Source of the DNA: Pelagomonas calceolata
Taxonomy: Eukaryota
Direction of reading: 5' to 3'
Assembly: GCA_918797485.1 (NCBI GenBank)
Contig: CAKKNE010000001.1
Span: 992,001 to 1,056,000 of the forward strand
DNA length: 64,000 nucleotides
A model generated the notes under the pieces. That model made no database searches and was not told where the DNA came from. It worked only from the letters and a program-made list of their open reading frames with translations. Positions 31,071 through 41,256 of the stretch are shown in pieces. The translations under genes and the position numbers were made by a program. The stretch's first letter is position 1. Each line of letters starts with the position of its first letter.

Positions 31071-31850
31071 TCAACTACCTCGCACAACTCCCCGCCACCC
31101 AAACGACAACGGCGGCAGCGACCGCGGGTAGAGCGGCCTCGCCTCCCCGACGGACACGGAGGGAGGCCTCCCGAGGATGAGGCCGTTCTTGGGCGTGATC
31201 TCCCGCGAGCACAACACATCGCGCTCGACGGCCCACCCCGCCGCCGCGAGACGCCGCGCGCGCGCCGCATCGATCGCCTCGTCGAGGCCCACTTTCGCCG
31301 CCGCTGCAGCGTCGTGCGAGATTTTCGTAGAGTGGCAACAAGGCACGAGCGCGAGCGCCGACGATCCCTCGAGGGCGACGTCAATCACAATATCAGACAG
31401 GCCGCCGCAGGCGTGCAGGCCCGCCACGAGCGTATCACTCGTGGCTTCGACATCGCGCGCGTCGCCGACGATGTAGCGGTGCTGCGCCCGTAGCCGCGGG
31501 AAGGCCTCGCCAAAGGAGTCTCGGATCTTCCCCGCCGACGACGGCATGCGCTCGTCGACGGCGTAGACGACCGGAAGAGGCGCGCGAGCTTGGTAGCAGA
31601 GCGCCAGAAGAAACCACCCCAGGAGACCATGGCCCGCGGCCACGTCAACGACGCGCCGCGGCGGCTCTGATCGCCAGAACTCGTCGTGGATCCGTTCGGC
31701 CATGGCCCAGCATTCGGGCAGCTCTTTTCGCGCGATCGCTGCGTCCGCGGTGCAGACGGCCCGCGCCACTTGGTGAAACGTGCTGTCGCCCGCGAAGTGG
31801 CGCACGTCGGTTGCGCGCAGGCGACTGGCCACGACTGGGGGCATGCGCAT
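31071..31850 (-). CDS. Methyltransf_32-like SAM methyltransferase
   Basis: VVDVAAGHGLLG, AGLHACGGLSD, VPCCH, TPKN; start uncertain. Confidence 0.82.
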   Translation of the reverse strand: MRMPPVVASRLRATDVRHFAGDSTFHQVARAVCTADAAIARKELPECWAMAERIHDEFWRSEPPRRVVDVAAGHGLLGWFLLALCYQARAPLPVVYAVDERMPSSAGKIRDSFGEAFPRLRAQHRYIVGDARDVEATSDTLVAGLHACGGLSDIVIDVALEGSSALALVPCCHSTKISHDAAAAAKVGLDEAIDAARARRLAAAGWAVERDVLCSREITPKNGLILGRPPSVSVGEARPLYPRSLPPLSFGWRGVVRGS

Positions 31851-32009
31851 TGTCAGCTGGCAGCCTTGCAGCTTGTGTCCCTCGCTTGTTTCAGCGCCAC
31901 ACGCAGCAGCTCTCAAAGAAACTGGCCGTAGGCTTACTGGTGGAGGGTTTTCATCATTGCTAAGTCCGCTTGCGCCGCGGTATTCACTTGCACTCGATTG
32001 CATGATAAT

Positions 32010-32034
32010 GCTAGTGTGTTACATACCGCTAGCT
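32010..32034 (+). promoter_or_regulatory. Upstream double-CTAG motif copy (GCTAGTGTGTTACATACCGCTAGCT)
   Basis: Between divergent genes 31850(-) and 32189(+). Confidence 0.65.
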
Positions 32035-32188
32035 AACTCGAGCTCCGCCACCAGCTTTTGTAGGGATTGCTCGCGTACCCAGGGCTGGCCACGCTCGTTG
32101 CACACGCCCCCCGGCCACTTGCAAACGCACCTGCGTCGCGACGCCCCACCGTTGCTTGCCTGCACACTGGGAGGACAAGAGCACTACA

Positions 32189-33568
32189 ATGGAGCTGGAC
32201 CGGACGCCGCCGCCGCAGCAGCCGAAACCAAAACGAAGGAGCCACCACTCCGCACGGCTACCCGACGACTGCTTGAAAAAGCTCTTCGAGTTCGCGCCTC
32301 TCAGTAGTCTGCTGCACACGCTCCTCGTCTCGACGCCCTGGCGCGAGAACGCTTTAGATGATCCGCGCTGGGACCCGATCCTGCCGCCGCCGGCCTTGCG
32401 GGCGCCGAGCCAGTGGCTGCGGCCGTCGACGCGGGCCGAACGATGTATATATGCGCGCTACTACGCGCGCTACCTCCTCGTCCTCGATAACTGGCGAAGG
32501 GCGGTCCTCGACGACGAGGGCGCCGTCACGACGGCGCGCGGCCGCACGACGGCATTAGATGGCTGGTTCGCGCTCGCGCCGTGGGCGAAGACGGGCATGC
32601 GCGGCGGCCGGCCCCTGGCCTGGCTGCGCCACGCCGTCTGGCTGCCCGAGGCGGCCCGCGCGACGGATAGATTAAGGCGAAGCGCGCGCCTGCCGCCGCG
32701 GTCGCGCGACCAGGAGCGGTGCGCCTTCTTCAATGAAAACCACGAGGATGAGCAGCAGGAGGAGGGCCCGCTGCCGCTGCCCGTGTTACCTGCCGCAGCG
32801 CTCAGGAGGTTAGAAACGGAGGGCCTGACCAGCGCATTTTCGGCCGGCGCCGCGGCCGTCGCGGACCGGTTGGAACGGGAGCGCCAGCCGCCGCTCTCCC
32901 AAACAAGCGTCACGGTGGCCTACGCGCACGGCAACGCGAGCGAGGACCCGCAGCTCTGGGGCAACGTCGACCAGATCTTGTGGGGCTGCGCGACGATCGG
33001 GGCCCAGTTTTTGAGTGCGTACTTCGGACCGGGGTCGTCGATCACGCTGGCGCGGCGGCACATCCCGGGCCTCGCGGTGGGCGAGGCGCAGAACGTCGCG
33101 AGCTTTCGGGTCGAGGAGCCGCCCGGCGACTCCGTGAGGGTCGTGGTTACGGGGGGGCGTATTGTAGATGAGGGGAACCGCGGGCGCATCGTCACGTCGC
33201 TGACGCCGCGCACGCGCGTGCTGTCTTTTCTGGACCTTGGGCCGGGCTTCGAGCTGGCGGCGCGAGGGGCGTGTGCTATCATCCTGCACGCGGCACTGCG
33301 GGCCGTGGGATTGCCGCTCTGCGCGCACACGAGGTGCGCCTTGAACCCGATCGAGACGGCGGGCGACCTCGCGAGCGCGTCGTTACTCTGCTGCCCCGTG
33401 TGCTATCGACGATTAGAATTGCGGGGCGTGCCAGTGCACAACACGATCCAGGCCGTCGCGCGCGTCTCGAAGCGCTGGCGCGACTCGTCGGCATGGGACC
33501 TCGGCGTGCTGGCGCGCTGGGGATACGTCGATATGAATGAGGCGGCGGTGGACCTGACGAACGCATAA
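32189..33568 (+). CDS. F-box protein with degenerate archaemetzincin (M54)-like C-terminus
   Basis: LPDDCLKKLFEF...VSTPW F-box; HAALRAVGLPLC...CALN...LCCPVCYRRL. Confidence 0.7.
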   Translation: MELDRTPPPQQPKPKRRSHHSARLPDDCLKKLFEFAPLSSLLHTLLVSTPWRENALDDPRWDPILPPPALRAPSQWLRPSTRAERCIYARYYARYLLVLDNWRRAVLDDEGAVTTARGRTTALDGWFALAPWAKTGMRGGRPLAWLRHAVWLPEAARATDRLRRSARLPPRSRDQERCAFFNENHEDEQQEEGPLPLPVLPAAALRRLETEGLTSAFSAGAAAVADRLERERQPPLSQTSVTVAYAHGNASEDPQLWGNVDQILWGCATIGAQFLSAYFGPGSSITLARRHIPGLAVGEAQNVASFRVEEPPGDSVRVVVTGGRIVDEGNRGRIVTSLTPRTRVLSFLDLGPGFELAARGACAIILHAALRAVGLPLCAHTRCALNPIETAGDLASASLLCCPVCYRRLELRGVPVHNTIQAVARVSKRWRDSSAWDLGVLARWGYVDMNEAAVDLTNA

Positions 33569-33670
33569 CTGATTTTTAGTCTCGTCAGGCACCACGCCAT
33601 CGAGCAGTCACAGTCACAGGGACAACGTCGCGTCGATGGCGTGGGGATGGAGCAGTTGTAGTCTCAAAAC
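33569..33670. repeat. Intergenic introner-core remnant between convergent stops
   Basis: 12-bp inverted repeat CCACGCCATCGA (33592-33603) / TCGATGGCGTGG (33633-33644), identical to the family A hairpin. Confidence 0.6.
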
Positions 33671-34537
33671 TTATTCCGCGCACGCGGCCGGCAGGCACGA
33701 CCCCGAGAGCTTCTCGGCGCACGGCCGCGGCACGAGGTGCGCCGCGTAGCCCCGCGTCGAAGCGTGTGCGACGTACAGCTCCCACGCCGCGGCCCAGGGC
33801 CTCGCCAGGCACGTCGGCTCTAGGGCGACCGCCCGGGCCAGCATATCATTTTCATTCTCGCGGTGGAAGCTCGAGGTCACGTAGAGGATGCCGCTCCCGC
33901 CGTAGCGCTCGCGGAACGCCATGACGGCGTTCTTGTAGAAATCTTCGCCGGGTAGGCAGAAGCGGTAGGGGTTCTTCCTCTCGGTACTGCTGTAGGCGTC
34001 GCCGCGGCGGTGGTAGAGGGCCACGTATTTTATATCGCCTCCGGCGAGCTCCTTGCCGATGGGTTGGATGGAGGTCTCCCAGAGCGCCGACGCCTTCTCC
34101 ATAATAGTCTCGGTGAAGCGCCCGAGCTCGCCCCTGATTTTTGAGGAGACGGACGGCACGTTCGCGAAGTACGACGCGCTCTGCCGATACCCCGAGCATT
34201 GGAATAGGCTGTTGGTGTTCACACTTCGACGAACGGTCTGGACCTCGCTCTCATGTCGACGGCCGTCCCACCAGCTCCGCGAGCCCTTCAGAGGCACCGT
34301 CCGGTAGGTGGCGGGCTTTGGGAGCCCGCATCCGTCAATATGGTCGTGCGTCAGGCAGACGCCGGCGTATTTGCCTTGCGTGTCGGCGCGAAAGGCCGCG
34401 CCGGCTCTCAATGCAAGCGCGCGGCACGACGCGAACTCAAACAATTGATTGCCGTAGCCGCCTTTCGCGTCGACCTCGACGACGGCGCGTCCCGAGACGT
34501 GCGCGACCGCGAGGCCGGCGAGGATGAGGGCAAACAT
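33671..34537 (-). CDS. GT11-like alpha-1,2-fucosyltransferase
   Basis: GGYGNQLFEFA, GYRQSASYF, VALYHRRGD; signal peptide. Confidence 0.78.
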   Translation of the reverse strand: MFALILAGLAVAHVSGRAVVEVDAKGGYGNQLFEFASCRALALRAGAAFRADTQGKYAGVCLTHDHIDGCGLPKPATYRTVPLKGSRSWWDGRRHESEVQTVRRSVNTNSLFQCSGYRQSASYFANVPSVSSKIRGELGRFTETIMEKASALWETSIQPIGKELAGGDIKYVALYHRRGDAYSSTERKNPYRFCLPGEDFYKNAVMAFRERYGGSGILYVTSSFHRENENDMLARAVALEPTCLARPWAAAWELYVAHASTRGYAAHLVPRPCAEKLSGSCLPAACAE

Positions 34538-34708
34538 CAGGCTCAAATTGACTCGACAGTGAGTCAGTGACCGAGCAGTTACGCCTCACTGCGGCCCCGA
34601 TTCTGGCTTGCGAGCATTTGTTGACAGTCGTCGGCTTATAATCTTGTGCTCACGACGCCTATTTATTCAGGACTGCACGCGTGAGCATTAAAAAACAAGC
34701 CAAAAGCC

Positions 34709-34732
34709 GCTAGTGTCTTACATTACGCTAGC
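34709..34732 (+). promoter_or_regulatory. Upstream double-CTAG motif copy (GCTAGTGTCTTACATTACGCTAGC)
   Basis: Between divergent starts 34537(-) and 34959(+). Confidence 0.65.
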
Positions 34733-34958
34733 AAACTAAGTGCCGCCGCGCAAAAGCGCCGCGCGCGACGCCAGACGAAGCGCTAGTACATCACAGCGAG
34801 CGCTGCGCGCCGCCAGCCAACGCCGTCGACGACTGGCAGGCGACGAGCCGCTACGAAACGCCACGTGCGAAGCTCGGTGCAGTAACGTCTTCTCCGCACG
34901 CATCTCATCGACTACGCGACGCGACGCCCGCAGCGCTCGAAAGCATCAGCAAACAAAA

Positions 34959-36428
34959 ATGACGAGCTACGCCGCCGCGATAGACACGCCCGAGCGGCAA
35001 CGCGCCGTCGACCAGGACTACGACGCCGCCCGCGCCGAGCGCGACGCGGCGCTGCAGAAGCTGCGGGCCCTCGCGCCGGCGAACACGTCGCCGCCGCCGC
35101 TTCCACAAAGGAAGCCGCCCAGAACGCCGCCGCGGACGCCGCGCGGCGTCCGCTTCGAGCCCACGCCCCTCGGCACGATCAAGGAGGGAAGTTCCGAGCG
35201 CGGCTCCGAGGACGTCAAGAAGCCCGAAGAACCAAAGAAGAAGAAGAAGGGTCTATTAGCGAGAATTAGGAGAGGCGTCGCGAAGCGCGTCGGAACGTCA
35301 TCAAGTAAGCCGCGGGCCTGGGAACCTACACAGAAGCGCAAGCCCGCTCCGAAAAAGAAGGGCCGCCTCAGCGAGCAGCCTTTTGCTCCTACGGATTTCG
35401 AGCGGAGGCGCGTGCTAGGTCGAGGCGGCTTCGGCGTCGTCTACCTCGTCGAAAAGAAGCTCGCCCCGGACCAAGGGCGGAACTACGCGATGAAGGTCCT
35501 CGACAAGCACAAGCTCCTGAAGGGCGGCCAGCGGTCCCAGGCGAGGTTGGAGCGAGACGTTTTGAGGGTGGTCCGGCACCCCTTCGTCGCGCGGCTGCGG
35601 CTGTCCTTCCAGACGGAGACGAGGCTGTATCTTCTCTCAGATTTCTACTGCGGTGGTTGTTTGACGGAGTTCCGGAGGGACCACGACGTAAGCAAGGAAG
35701 GAGCGCGCTTCTACGTCGTCGAATTGGCGCTGGCGCTGGCCTACCTCCACGCGCAGGGCGTCGTCCACCGCGACCTCAAGCCGGCGAACGTGCTCGTCGA
35801 TAGACAAGGACATGTGGCGTTATGTGATTTCGGCATCGCCGCGGCCTGTTCCGAGACGATGAAGACGCCCCACAAGAAGAAAGGTGCCAAGACGCCGGCG
35901 ACGCCGCGGCGACGGTCCTTCTGCGGGACGATCGACTACATGGCTCCGGAGTTACTCAGAGGCGAACCGTATGATGATGGCGTCGACTGGTGGGCTCTTG
36001 GGTGCGTGTTCCACGAGCTCTTGAGCGGCAAGCCGCCCTTCTCGCGGGACCGACCGCGGGACATGTTCTGCGCTATTCTCAGAGAGGAGCCGCCTTCCCT
36101 TATAATGAAGTGCGGCGTCGAATGCAACGATGCGGTCCAGGGCTTGCTGAAGAAGTCTTCCGGAGAGAGGTTCGGGAGCGACGCCTTGCGGTCTCATGCC
36201 TTCTTCGCTGACGTCGATTGGTCAAAAATGGAGCGCAAGGAGGTGGCGCCGCCGCACGCGCCTGTCCTGAAACCTTATCTGGTGGAGACGCCCGCCGGCG
36301 TCAAGTGCGTCTCTTCGGGAAAGCTGCCTCCATTAAATGACGACGGCGAGTCGGACGAGGACGACTCGTCCTCCAGGCGAGTCGTCCAGGACGCGTTCCG
36401 CGGCTTCGCCTACGCCGGCGACGACTAG
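34959..36428 (+). CDS. AGC-family Ser/Thr kinase (S6K/PKB-like)
   Basis: GRGGFG, YAMK, HRDLKPAN, DFG, SFCGTIDYMAPE, C-terminal FRGFAY hydrophobic motif. Confidence 0.93.
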   Translation: MTSYAAAIDTPERQRAVDQDYDAARAERDAALQKLRALAPANTSPPPLPQRKPPRTPPRTPRGVRFEPTPLGTIKEGSSERGSEDVKKPEEPKKKKKGLLARIRRGVAKRVGTSSSKPRAWEPTQKRKPAPKKKGRLSEQPFAPTDFERRRVLGRGGFGVVYLVEKKLAPDQGRNYAMKVLDKHKLLKGGQRSQARLERDVLRVVRHPFVARLRLSFQTETRLYLLSDFYCGGCLTEFRRDHDVSKEGARFYVVELALALAYLHAQGVVHRDLKPANVLVDRQGHVALCDFGIAAACSETMKTPHKKKGAKTPATPRRRSFCGTIDYMAPELLRGEPYDDGVDWWALGCVFHELLSGKPPFSRDRPRDMFCAILREEPPSLIMKCGVECNDAVQGLLKKSSGERFGSDALRSHAFFADVDWSKMERKEVAPPHAPVLKPYLVETPAGVKCVSSGKLPPLNDDGESDEDDSSSRRVVQDAFRGFAYAGDD

Positions 36429-36435
36429 TGTGCAC

Positions 36436-36708
36436 TTAAGGAATTGCTTTATCGAGCTCCGCGCAGCGCCCCTTGAGCGCCCGGACGGCCTTGAGCCACT
36501 CGACGAGGCGCTCCCGCTCGCCCGCTTGGAACTCGACCTCGGCCAGGGACTCGGCGTCGAGGTCGAGCAACAGCTGGAGGTCGACCTCGTCGGCCTCGAA
36601 CATCTTGAGCGTCTTTTCGCTCAGGTCGATGCGCTTCAATTGGTTTCTCAAAGTCTCGTTGCGGCCGGCCGGCGCGGTCGCGGCGTCGTCCTCCCAGTTG
36701 TCAGCCAT
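36436..36708 (-). CDS. Small SAM-domain-like protein
   Basis: LKRIDLSE...FEADEVDLQLLLDLDAESLAEV...GERERL. Confidence 0.65.
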   Translation of the reverse strand: MADNWEDDAATAPAGRNETLRNQLKRIDLSEKTLKMFEADEVDLQLLLDLDAESLAEVEFQAGERERLVEWLKAVRALKGRCAELDKAIP

Positions 36709-36953
36709 AGTTGCGGATTAGAGGTCCGATGCGTTGTCCGTTTTCGCCACGGAGTTCTTCGCCACCAATGCTTGCGTGAGCGGACGCGGTCGCGGTACGC
36801 AAGTGCTGGCGAGGTGCCGCAACAAAGGGCTTCAGCGTCACCTACTGGGCGCAGCGCTGTGAGCGAGGGAAGAGCGCTTGAGAGTGATGCTCTGCGCGAG
36901 TTTGCAGTGCTCGGCGATGGCGTACAGGCAAAGACGCGCTTTGGTCAATCTCG

Positions 36954-36978
36954 AGCTAGCGGTCTGTAACACACTAGG
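36954..36978 (-). promoter_or_regulatory. Upstream double-CTAG motif copy (CCTAGTGTGTTACAGACCGCTAGCT)
   Basis: Between divergent starts 36708(-) and 37093(+). Confidence 0.65.
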
Positions 36979-37092
36979 AAGCTACAAGCTCGACTGCCGT
37001 GTTCCGCGTACACCACGCCTACGCACAATCTGACGCGCTGTAGTGCTCATTTGGACCTTCCAAGAGTCGCAGCGCAACTGGCCCGGTCCAAA

Positions 37093-38385
37093 ATGATGCG
37101 TACTGCGCTTAGAAGAGGCTTGCTCAGCGGCGCTCCCAGGACGCTGACGCCGCGGCGAGCGCCGCTCGTCCGCGCCTACCGACCACCCTCAACAAGCTTC
37201 ACGAGAGCACCACCGGCGCGAAGAAGCCTCTCGCTCGCGCTCCCCAAAGCGGCCGCGCCACCCGCGGCCGTCGCCGGCGACAGGGCCGTCGCGTACTGGT
37301 TGTTCGGCTGCGGCGGGCTCGTGGCGGGCATGGTGTCCGTTGGTGGATTAACGAGACTAACCAGATCCGGCCTGAGCATGACGGACTGGAAGCTGCAAGG
37401 AGGTTTGCCACCTATGAACAGGGCTGACTGGGAGAGGGAATTTGCCCGCTACAAGCTCTACCCGGAGTGGCAACAAAGACAATCAATGACTCTTGAGGAA
37501 TTCAAGTACATTTATGCGTGGGAGTACGGTCATCGCATGCTCGGGAGGGTTGTGGGACTGGCTTTTGGCTTGCCCTTGGCCTACTTTTGGTCAAGAGGTC
37601 GGTTGACGCCGTGGCTGAAACCTCGCGCGATGGCGTTATTAGGATTGGGCGGCGCCCAAGGTTTAATCGGCTGGTGGATGGTGAGGTCGGGACTTAACAA
37701 AGATCTCCTCCCAGAGCGCCAAAAACAAGACGTCAGGGTGTCGCCGTACAGACTGGCGACGCACCTGACCATGGCCTTCATTACTTATTCGGGATTGGTC
37801 TGGTGCGGTTTGGAGCAGCTGGGAGGTCAAAGAGCGGTTTCAGAAGGTGTAAAACATGCGGCCAAACTCACACCAATCGCGCGAGGCGCCGCCTGTTTGA
37901 CCTTGGTCACAGCAATCTCCGGAGCCTTCGTCGCCGGCAACGACGCGGGCATGGCGTTTAATGTGTGGCCGTACATGGTCGACGATCGGGACGTCGGTGG
38001 AGAGGCGACCTTCGTGCCGCCCGACTTGTTGGAATTGCAACCGCTGTGGCGCAACATGTTCGAGAACACGGCTTGCGTCCAGTTCGACCATAGGATGTTG
38101 GCTTATGGTACCGCGCTGAGCGGCACGGGCCTCTTCGCTCTGGCTCGGTCCGGGGCTTGGCATGCTCTACCAATTGTCACGCGGCGCTTCGTCGCGGCGG
38201 GGGCTTTGGCTGTGGTCGGCCAGGCTTCGTTGGGTGTCGCTACCTTGCTGTATGTGGTCCCGATCGAGCTCGCCGCGGCGCACCAGCTTGGTGCTATTGG
38301 TTTACTGACCTGCGCGCTCGGCTCGGCGCATAGTCTCGCGCGGGCGGCGGCGGTTCCTGCTGTCGTCGTGGCGGCGGCTTTGTAA
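37093..38385 (+). CDS. COX15: Heme A synthase
   Basis: GGLTRLTRSGLSMTDW, WEYGHRMLGR, GWWMVRSGL, VSPYRLATHL, QFDHR, HQ. Confidence 0.95.
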   Translation: MMRTALRRGLLSGAPRTLTPRRAPLVRAYRPPSTSFTRAPPARRSLSLALPKAAAPPAAVAGDRAVAYWLFGCGGLVAGMVSVGGLTRLTRSGLSMTDWKLQGGLPPMNRADWEREFARYKLYPEWQQRQSMTLEEFKYIYAWEYGHRMLGRVVGLAFGLPLAYFWSRGRLTPWLKPRAMALLGLGGAQGLIGWWMVRSGLNKDLLPERQKQDVRVSPYRLATHLTMAFITYSGLVWCGLEQLGGQRAVSEGVKHAAKLTPIARGAACLTLVTAISGAFVAGNDAGMAFNVWPYMVDDRDVGGEATFVPPDLLELQPLWRNMFENTACVQFDHRMLAYGTALSGTGLFALARSGAWHALPIVTRRFVAAGALAVVGQASLGVATLLYVVPIELAAAHQLGAIGLLTCALGSAHSLARAAAVPAVVVAAAL

Positions 38386-38734
38386 TCTTGATTCTTGTTT
38401 TATCTTTCCTCGCGCGGCGCGGCTTTGGTTCGGGTGGGACGCGTTCTTCTTTTCCAGGGTGCGAGGCGGTCTCGTTGAGGTTGCTCGCGAGCCGTGTGGA
38501 GTGCTTTTGCGGGGTTAGTCTTGTTTTGGAGCCATCAGCCGAAAAACCCGCACCAAACGGAAAGCGAGGTGTTTCCGCGCTGCTACGGACAGGACAAGGC
38601 TCGAGGAGAGCTCTAGGACGCCTTCGGACATCGAAACAAGCGCGGACGTACACCTTCAATCGACGCAGAGCAGCAAGGGCGAGGCCTAAAGCACCGCTAC
38701 AGCCGCTGGCACGCAAGGCGTGTCGGTAGACAAG

Positions 38735-39472
38735 ATGATGAGGCGAGCGGCCGTTGCGCTGCTTTGCACGGGCGCCGCCGCGTTGATGGCGCCCCCGGCG
38801 AGGCCTGCGAGGGCAACAGCGCTAGCTGCAAGCGCGACGGCCGACGTACCCGTCAAGACCTTCGATGGAGGCGACGCGGGGACAGCTACGTTGAACCTGA
38901 AGGTGACCAAGGGCGAGAAGGACATGTACGTCGTCCACCGCAAGTACGTGCTGGAGCGGCGCAACGCGCGAGCCGGCACGGCGTCCACCAAAACGAGAAG
39001 CGAAGTACGCGGCGGCGGCCGCAAGCCCTTCAAGCAAAAGGGCACGGGCCGGGCCCGCCAGGGCTCGATCCGGTCTCCCTTAAAAGTCGGCGGCGGCGTC
39101 TCCTTCGGCCCGAAGCCCAAGGACTGGGCGAACAAGAAGATGAACCGCAAGGAGGCGGAGCTCGCCATCGGCATCGCGATCCAGAACAAAGCTTCTAGAG
39201 TGACCGTCGTCGACTCGATCGCGGGGAAGTTCTCGGAGCCCAAAACGAAGAACGTCGTGTCCATGCTCAGCGGTCTGGGCTTAGATGCGGACGCCAAAAC
39301 GGTGCTCGTCTACGACACGGAGGACGCGACCTTCGAGAAGAGCGCCGCGAACCTGCCGAACTGCGAGCTCCGCCTCCAGGACGAGATCACGGTCTCGGAC
39401 ATGCTCTGGGCGGACCAGGTCCTCATGACGCAGCCGGCCTTCGACTGGGTCAACGAGCGCTACGGGGAGTAG
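38735..39472 (+). CDS. rpl4: Plastid 50S ribosomal protein L4, nucleus-encoded
   Basis: GTASTKTRSEVRGGGRKPFKQKGTGRARQGSIRSPL..GGGVSFGPKP; bipartite signal/transit peptide. Confidence 0.93.
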   Translation: MMRRAAVALLCTGAAALMAPPARPARATALAASATADVPVKTFDGGDAGTATLNLKVTKGEKDMYVVHRKYVLERRNARAGTASTKTRSEVRGGGRKPFKQKGTGRARQGSIRSPLKVGGGVSFGPKPKDWANKKMNRKEAELAIGIAIQNKASRVTVVDSIAGKFSEPKTKNVVSMLSGLGLDADAKTVLVYDTEDATFEKSAANLPNCELRLQDEITVSDMLWADQVLMTQPAFDWVNERYGE

Positions 39473-39551
39473 ATTCGGAGTCGTTCCCCGCTGTATTAAT
39501 ACGTTACCTCTCTTACACACTAGTCGCGTCGGCGGCGCCGCGCGGGAGCCG

Positions 39552-40587
39552 TCATTGGCCGCGCGCGAACTCGTCCTTCTTCCGCGTGTCCTTGCCCTGG
39601 CGGCGCTTCCCCTTCTTCTTTCGCTGCGCGGTCCGCGCCTGCGTGGAACTCAAATGTCAGGCACCCAACGTCTGCTCGATGGCGTGTAGGTTCACGAAGG
39701 ACACAGGTCCGCGCGTCGAGGCCCCGCCGCCGCCGCCGCCGGTAGTCGTCGTCGGCCTTTGTCAGAGCCCGGAGGCGCTTCGACGTCGCCGCGACCGCCG
39801 CCGCGCCGGCGTCGGGCAGCGCGCCGATGACCGCCGCGACCGCGCGCGCCGCCGCGGCCTCCCCTAGTAAACTGTTGAACGGCCGCGCCGCCGGCGCCTT
39901 CTTGCGGGCGGGCCGCGGTAGGCTCCGAGCCGGCCGGGAGAACGCGCGGAAGACGTCGGGCTGCTCCGCATCGTAGGCGAGCGCGCGGCGGCCGTCTACG
40001 GTCGCGCCGGCGAACCGGACGCTTCTCGCCATTCGTAGGACGCGCCGCCGCCGCGCCGCGAGCAAGCGGGGCCGCGCGGCGTCCTTCTGGGCGCGGACAC
40101 CAACGGACAAGGATACTGCGCGCCGCAGCGCCCTGCACGTCGCCGCCGCGGCGCCCGCCCGATAGGCCGAGCACCAGTCGAGCACGCGCGCGACGACGCC
40201 CTCCGGGACCGGTGCGAGAACCGAGTCGCTGTTGTATTCCGCCTTCGGCACGACGCCGTCGAGCCGCGCGGCGACCGTCGGCACTTGCTCGAGCGGCGGC
40301 TCCGTCGTCGCGTCGGTGGCGGACGGGCTCCAGGGCGCGAGGGTCTCGGCGTGGCTCCACTTGCAGCGGCGGTTCGGGCAGTCGCCATTTCGAAAGTACG
40401 CCGCGCAGAGCTTATTGCCTTGCCCTGCGACCCAGACGCTCGCGTCGGGGTCCTTGAGGAAGATGGCGTTCAGGATGTCCAGGGGGTCGACGAGCTGGCC
40501 CTTGGCTTTTGCTGCCGCGGCGTCCCGTTTCGCCGCTTTTTGTTTTGCTGCTCGTTCTACTCGGCGCTCCCAGTTGCCTTTGACCAT
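39552..40587 (-). CDS. CCCH zinc-finger protein; exons 40587-39715, 39638-39552
   Basis: CAAYFRNGDCPNRRCKWSH; introner removal gives ...GLD-ARTAQRKKKGKRR...FARGQ*. Confidence 0.8.
39639..39706 (-). mobile_element. Introner family A copy, minimal 68 bp (intron 39639-39714, GC-AG)
   Basis: Perfect TSD GTCCGCGC (39631-39638, 39707-39714); ends CTGCGTGGAACTCAA...ACACAG; core CTGCTCGATGGCGTG. Confidence 0.88.
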
Positions 40588-41256
40588 CGCGTGCTCCTGT
40601 TTTTAAAGTTTTTCCGAGGCGTTTCGCAAGCGCTCGCACCGCTGCGCCGTCTCAAAGCAATGCTCTCTGTTAATGCTCTCAGTACTCCAGCGCGCGAGCA
40701 ACGCAGCGAGCGATGACAGCGTTCACGCCGCGGCTCAATTGGCGCTGTTACAGATCGCCGGTGATGCCTGTAGCGCTTGCCCGCCCACGCACGGCGCTCC
40801 AGCCCAGAGCAGCTGCTGAGGCTGCAGCAGGACGGGTTTTTCACGAACCTCGGGCTCCATTCGTCTTGAAACGACCGGGCCAGTCGTGCAGGCGCAGTAG
40901 AAAGGAGAAGGACGGCTCTTGGCGTCATAACTGAGGTCAATTGCGGCTCCGCAGACCGAGAGCGCTTATTGCCCTTCGGCGCGGCGCTATAAAACACAGA
41001 GCAGCGCCGGTGCCCTTGGCCGAACACCATTCGCTGTCGGTTCGCGCTGTGCGCGAGAAACAAGGCTGAACCGAGGCGAAACCACAGACTGCAAAGTTCT
41101 TCAGCAGCCGGCCACAGCCGAACGACACCCGCGCGCGACCCAGCAACGCGCGGCGCGGAGACGTGGGTCGCGCCAGCAGGCCCACAGCCGAAAAGCAACA
41201 CCCGCGGCGCCCGGTAACGCGCGCCGCGGAGACGCCCACGAAGCGGCGCGGCCTCC

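Noticed and set aside
33569..33684. Minus-strand intron extending the GT11 gene
   Set aside because: GTGCGC...AATCAG is possible, but the spliced product would run antisense through the F-box gene without GT11 motifs, and there is no TSD.
39520..39714. Read-through C-terminus of the 355-aa ORF 39520-40587
   Set aside because: It reads through a TSD-flanked introner; the spliced frame ending at 39552 is more plausible.
40600..41250. ORFs in the long divergent gap (e.g. 40557-41312)
   Set aside because: There are no motifs or coding-like composition; it is probably promoter/UTR, and no clear CTAG motif copy was found here.
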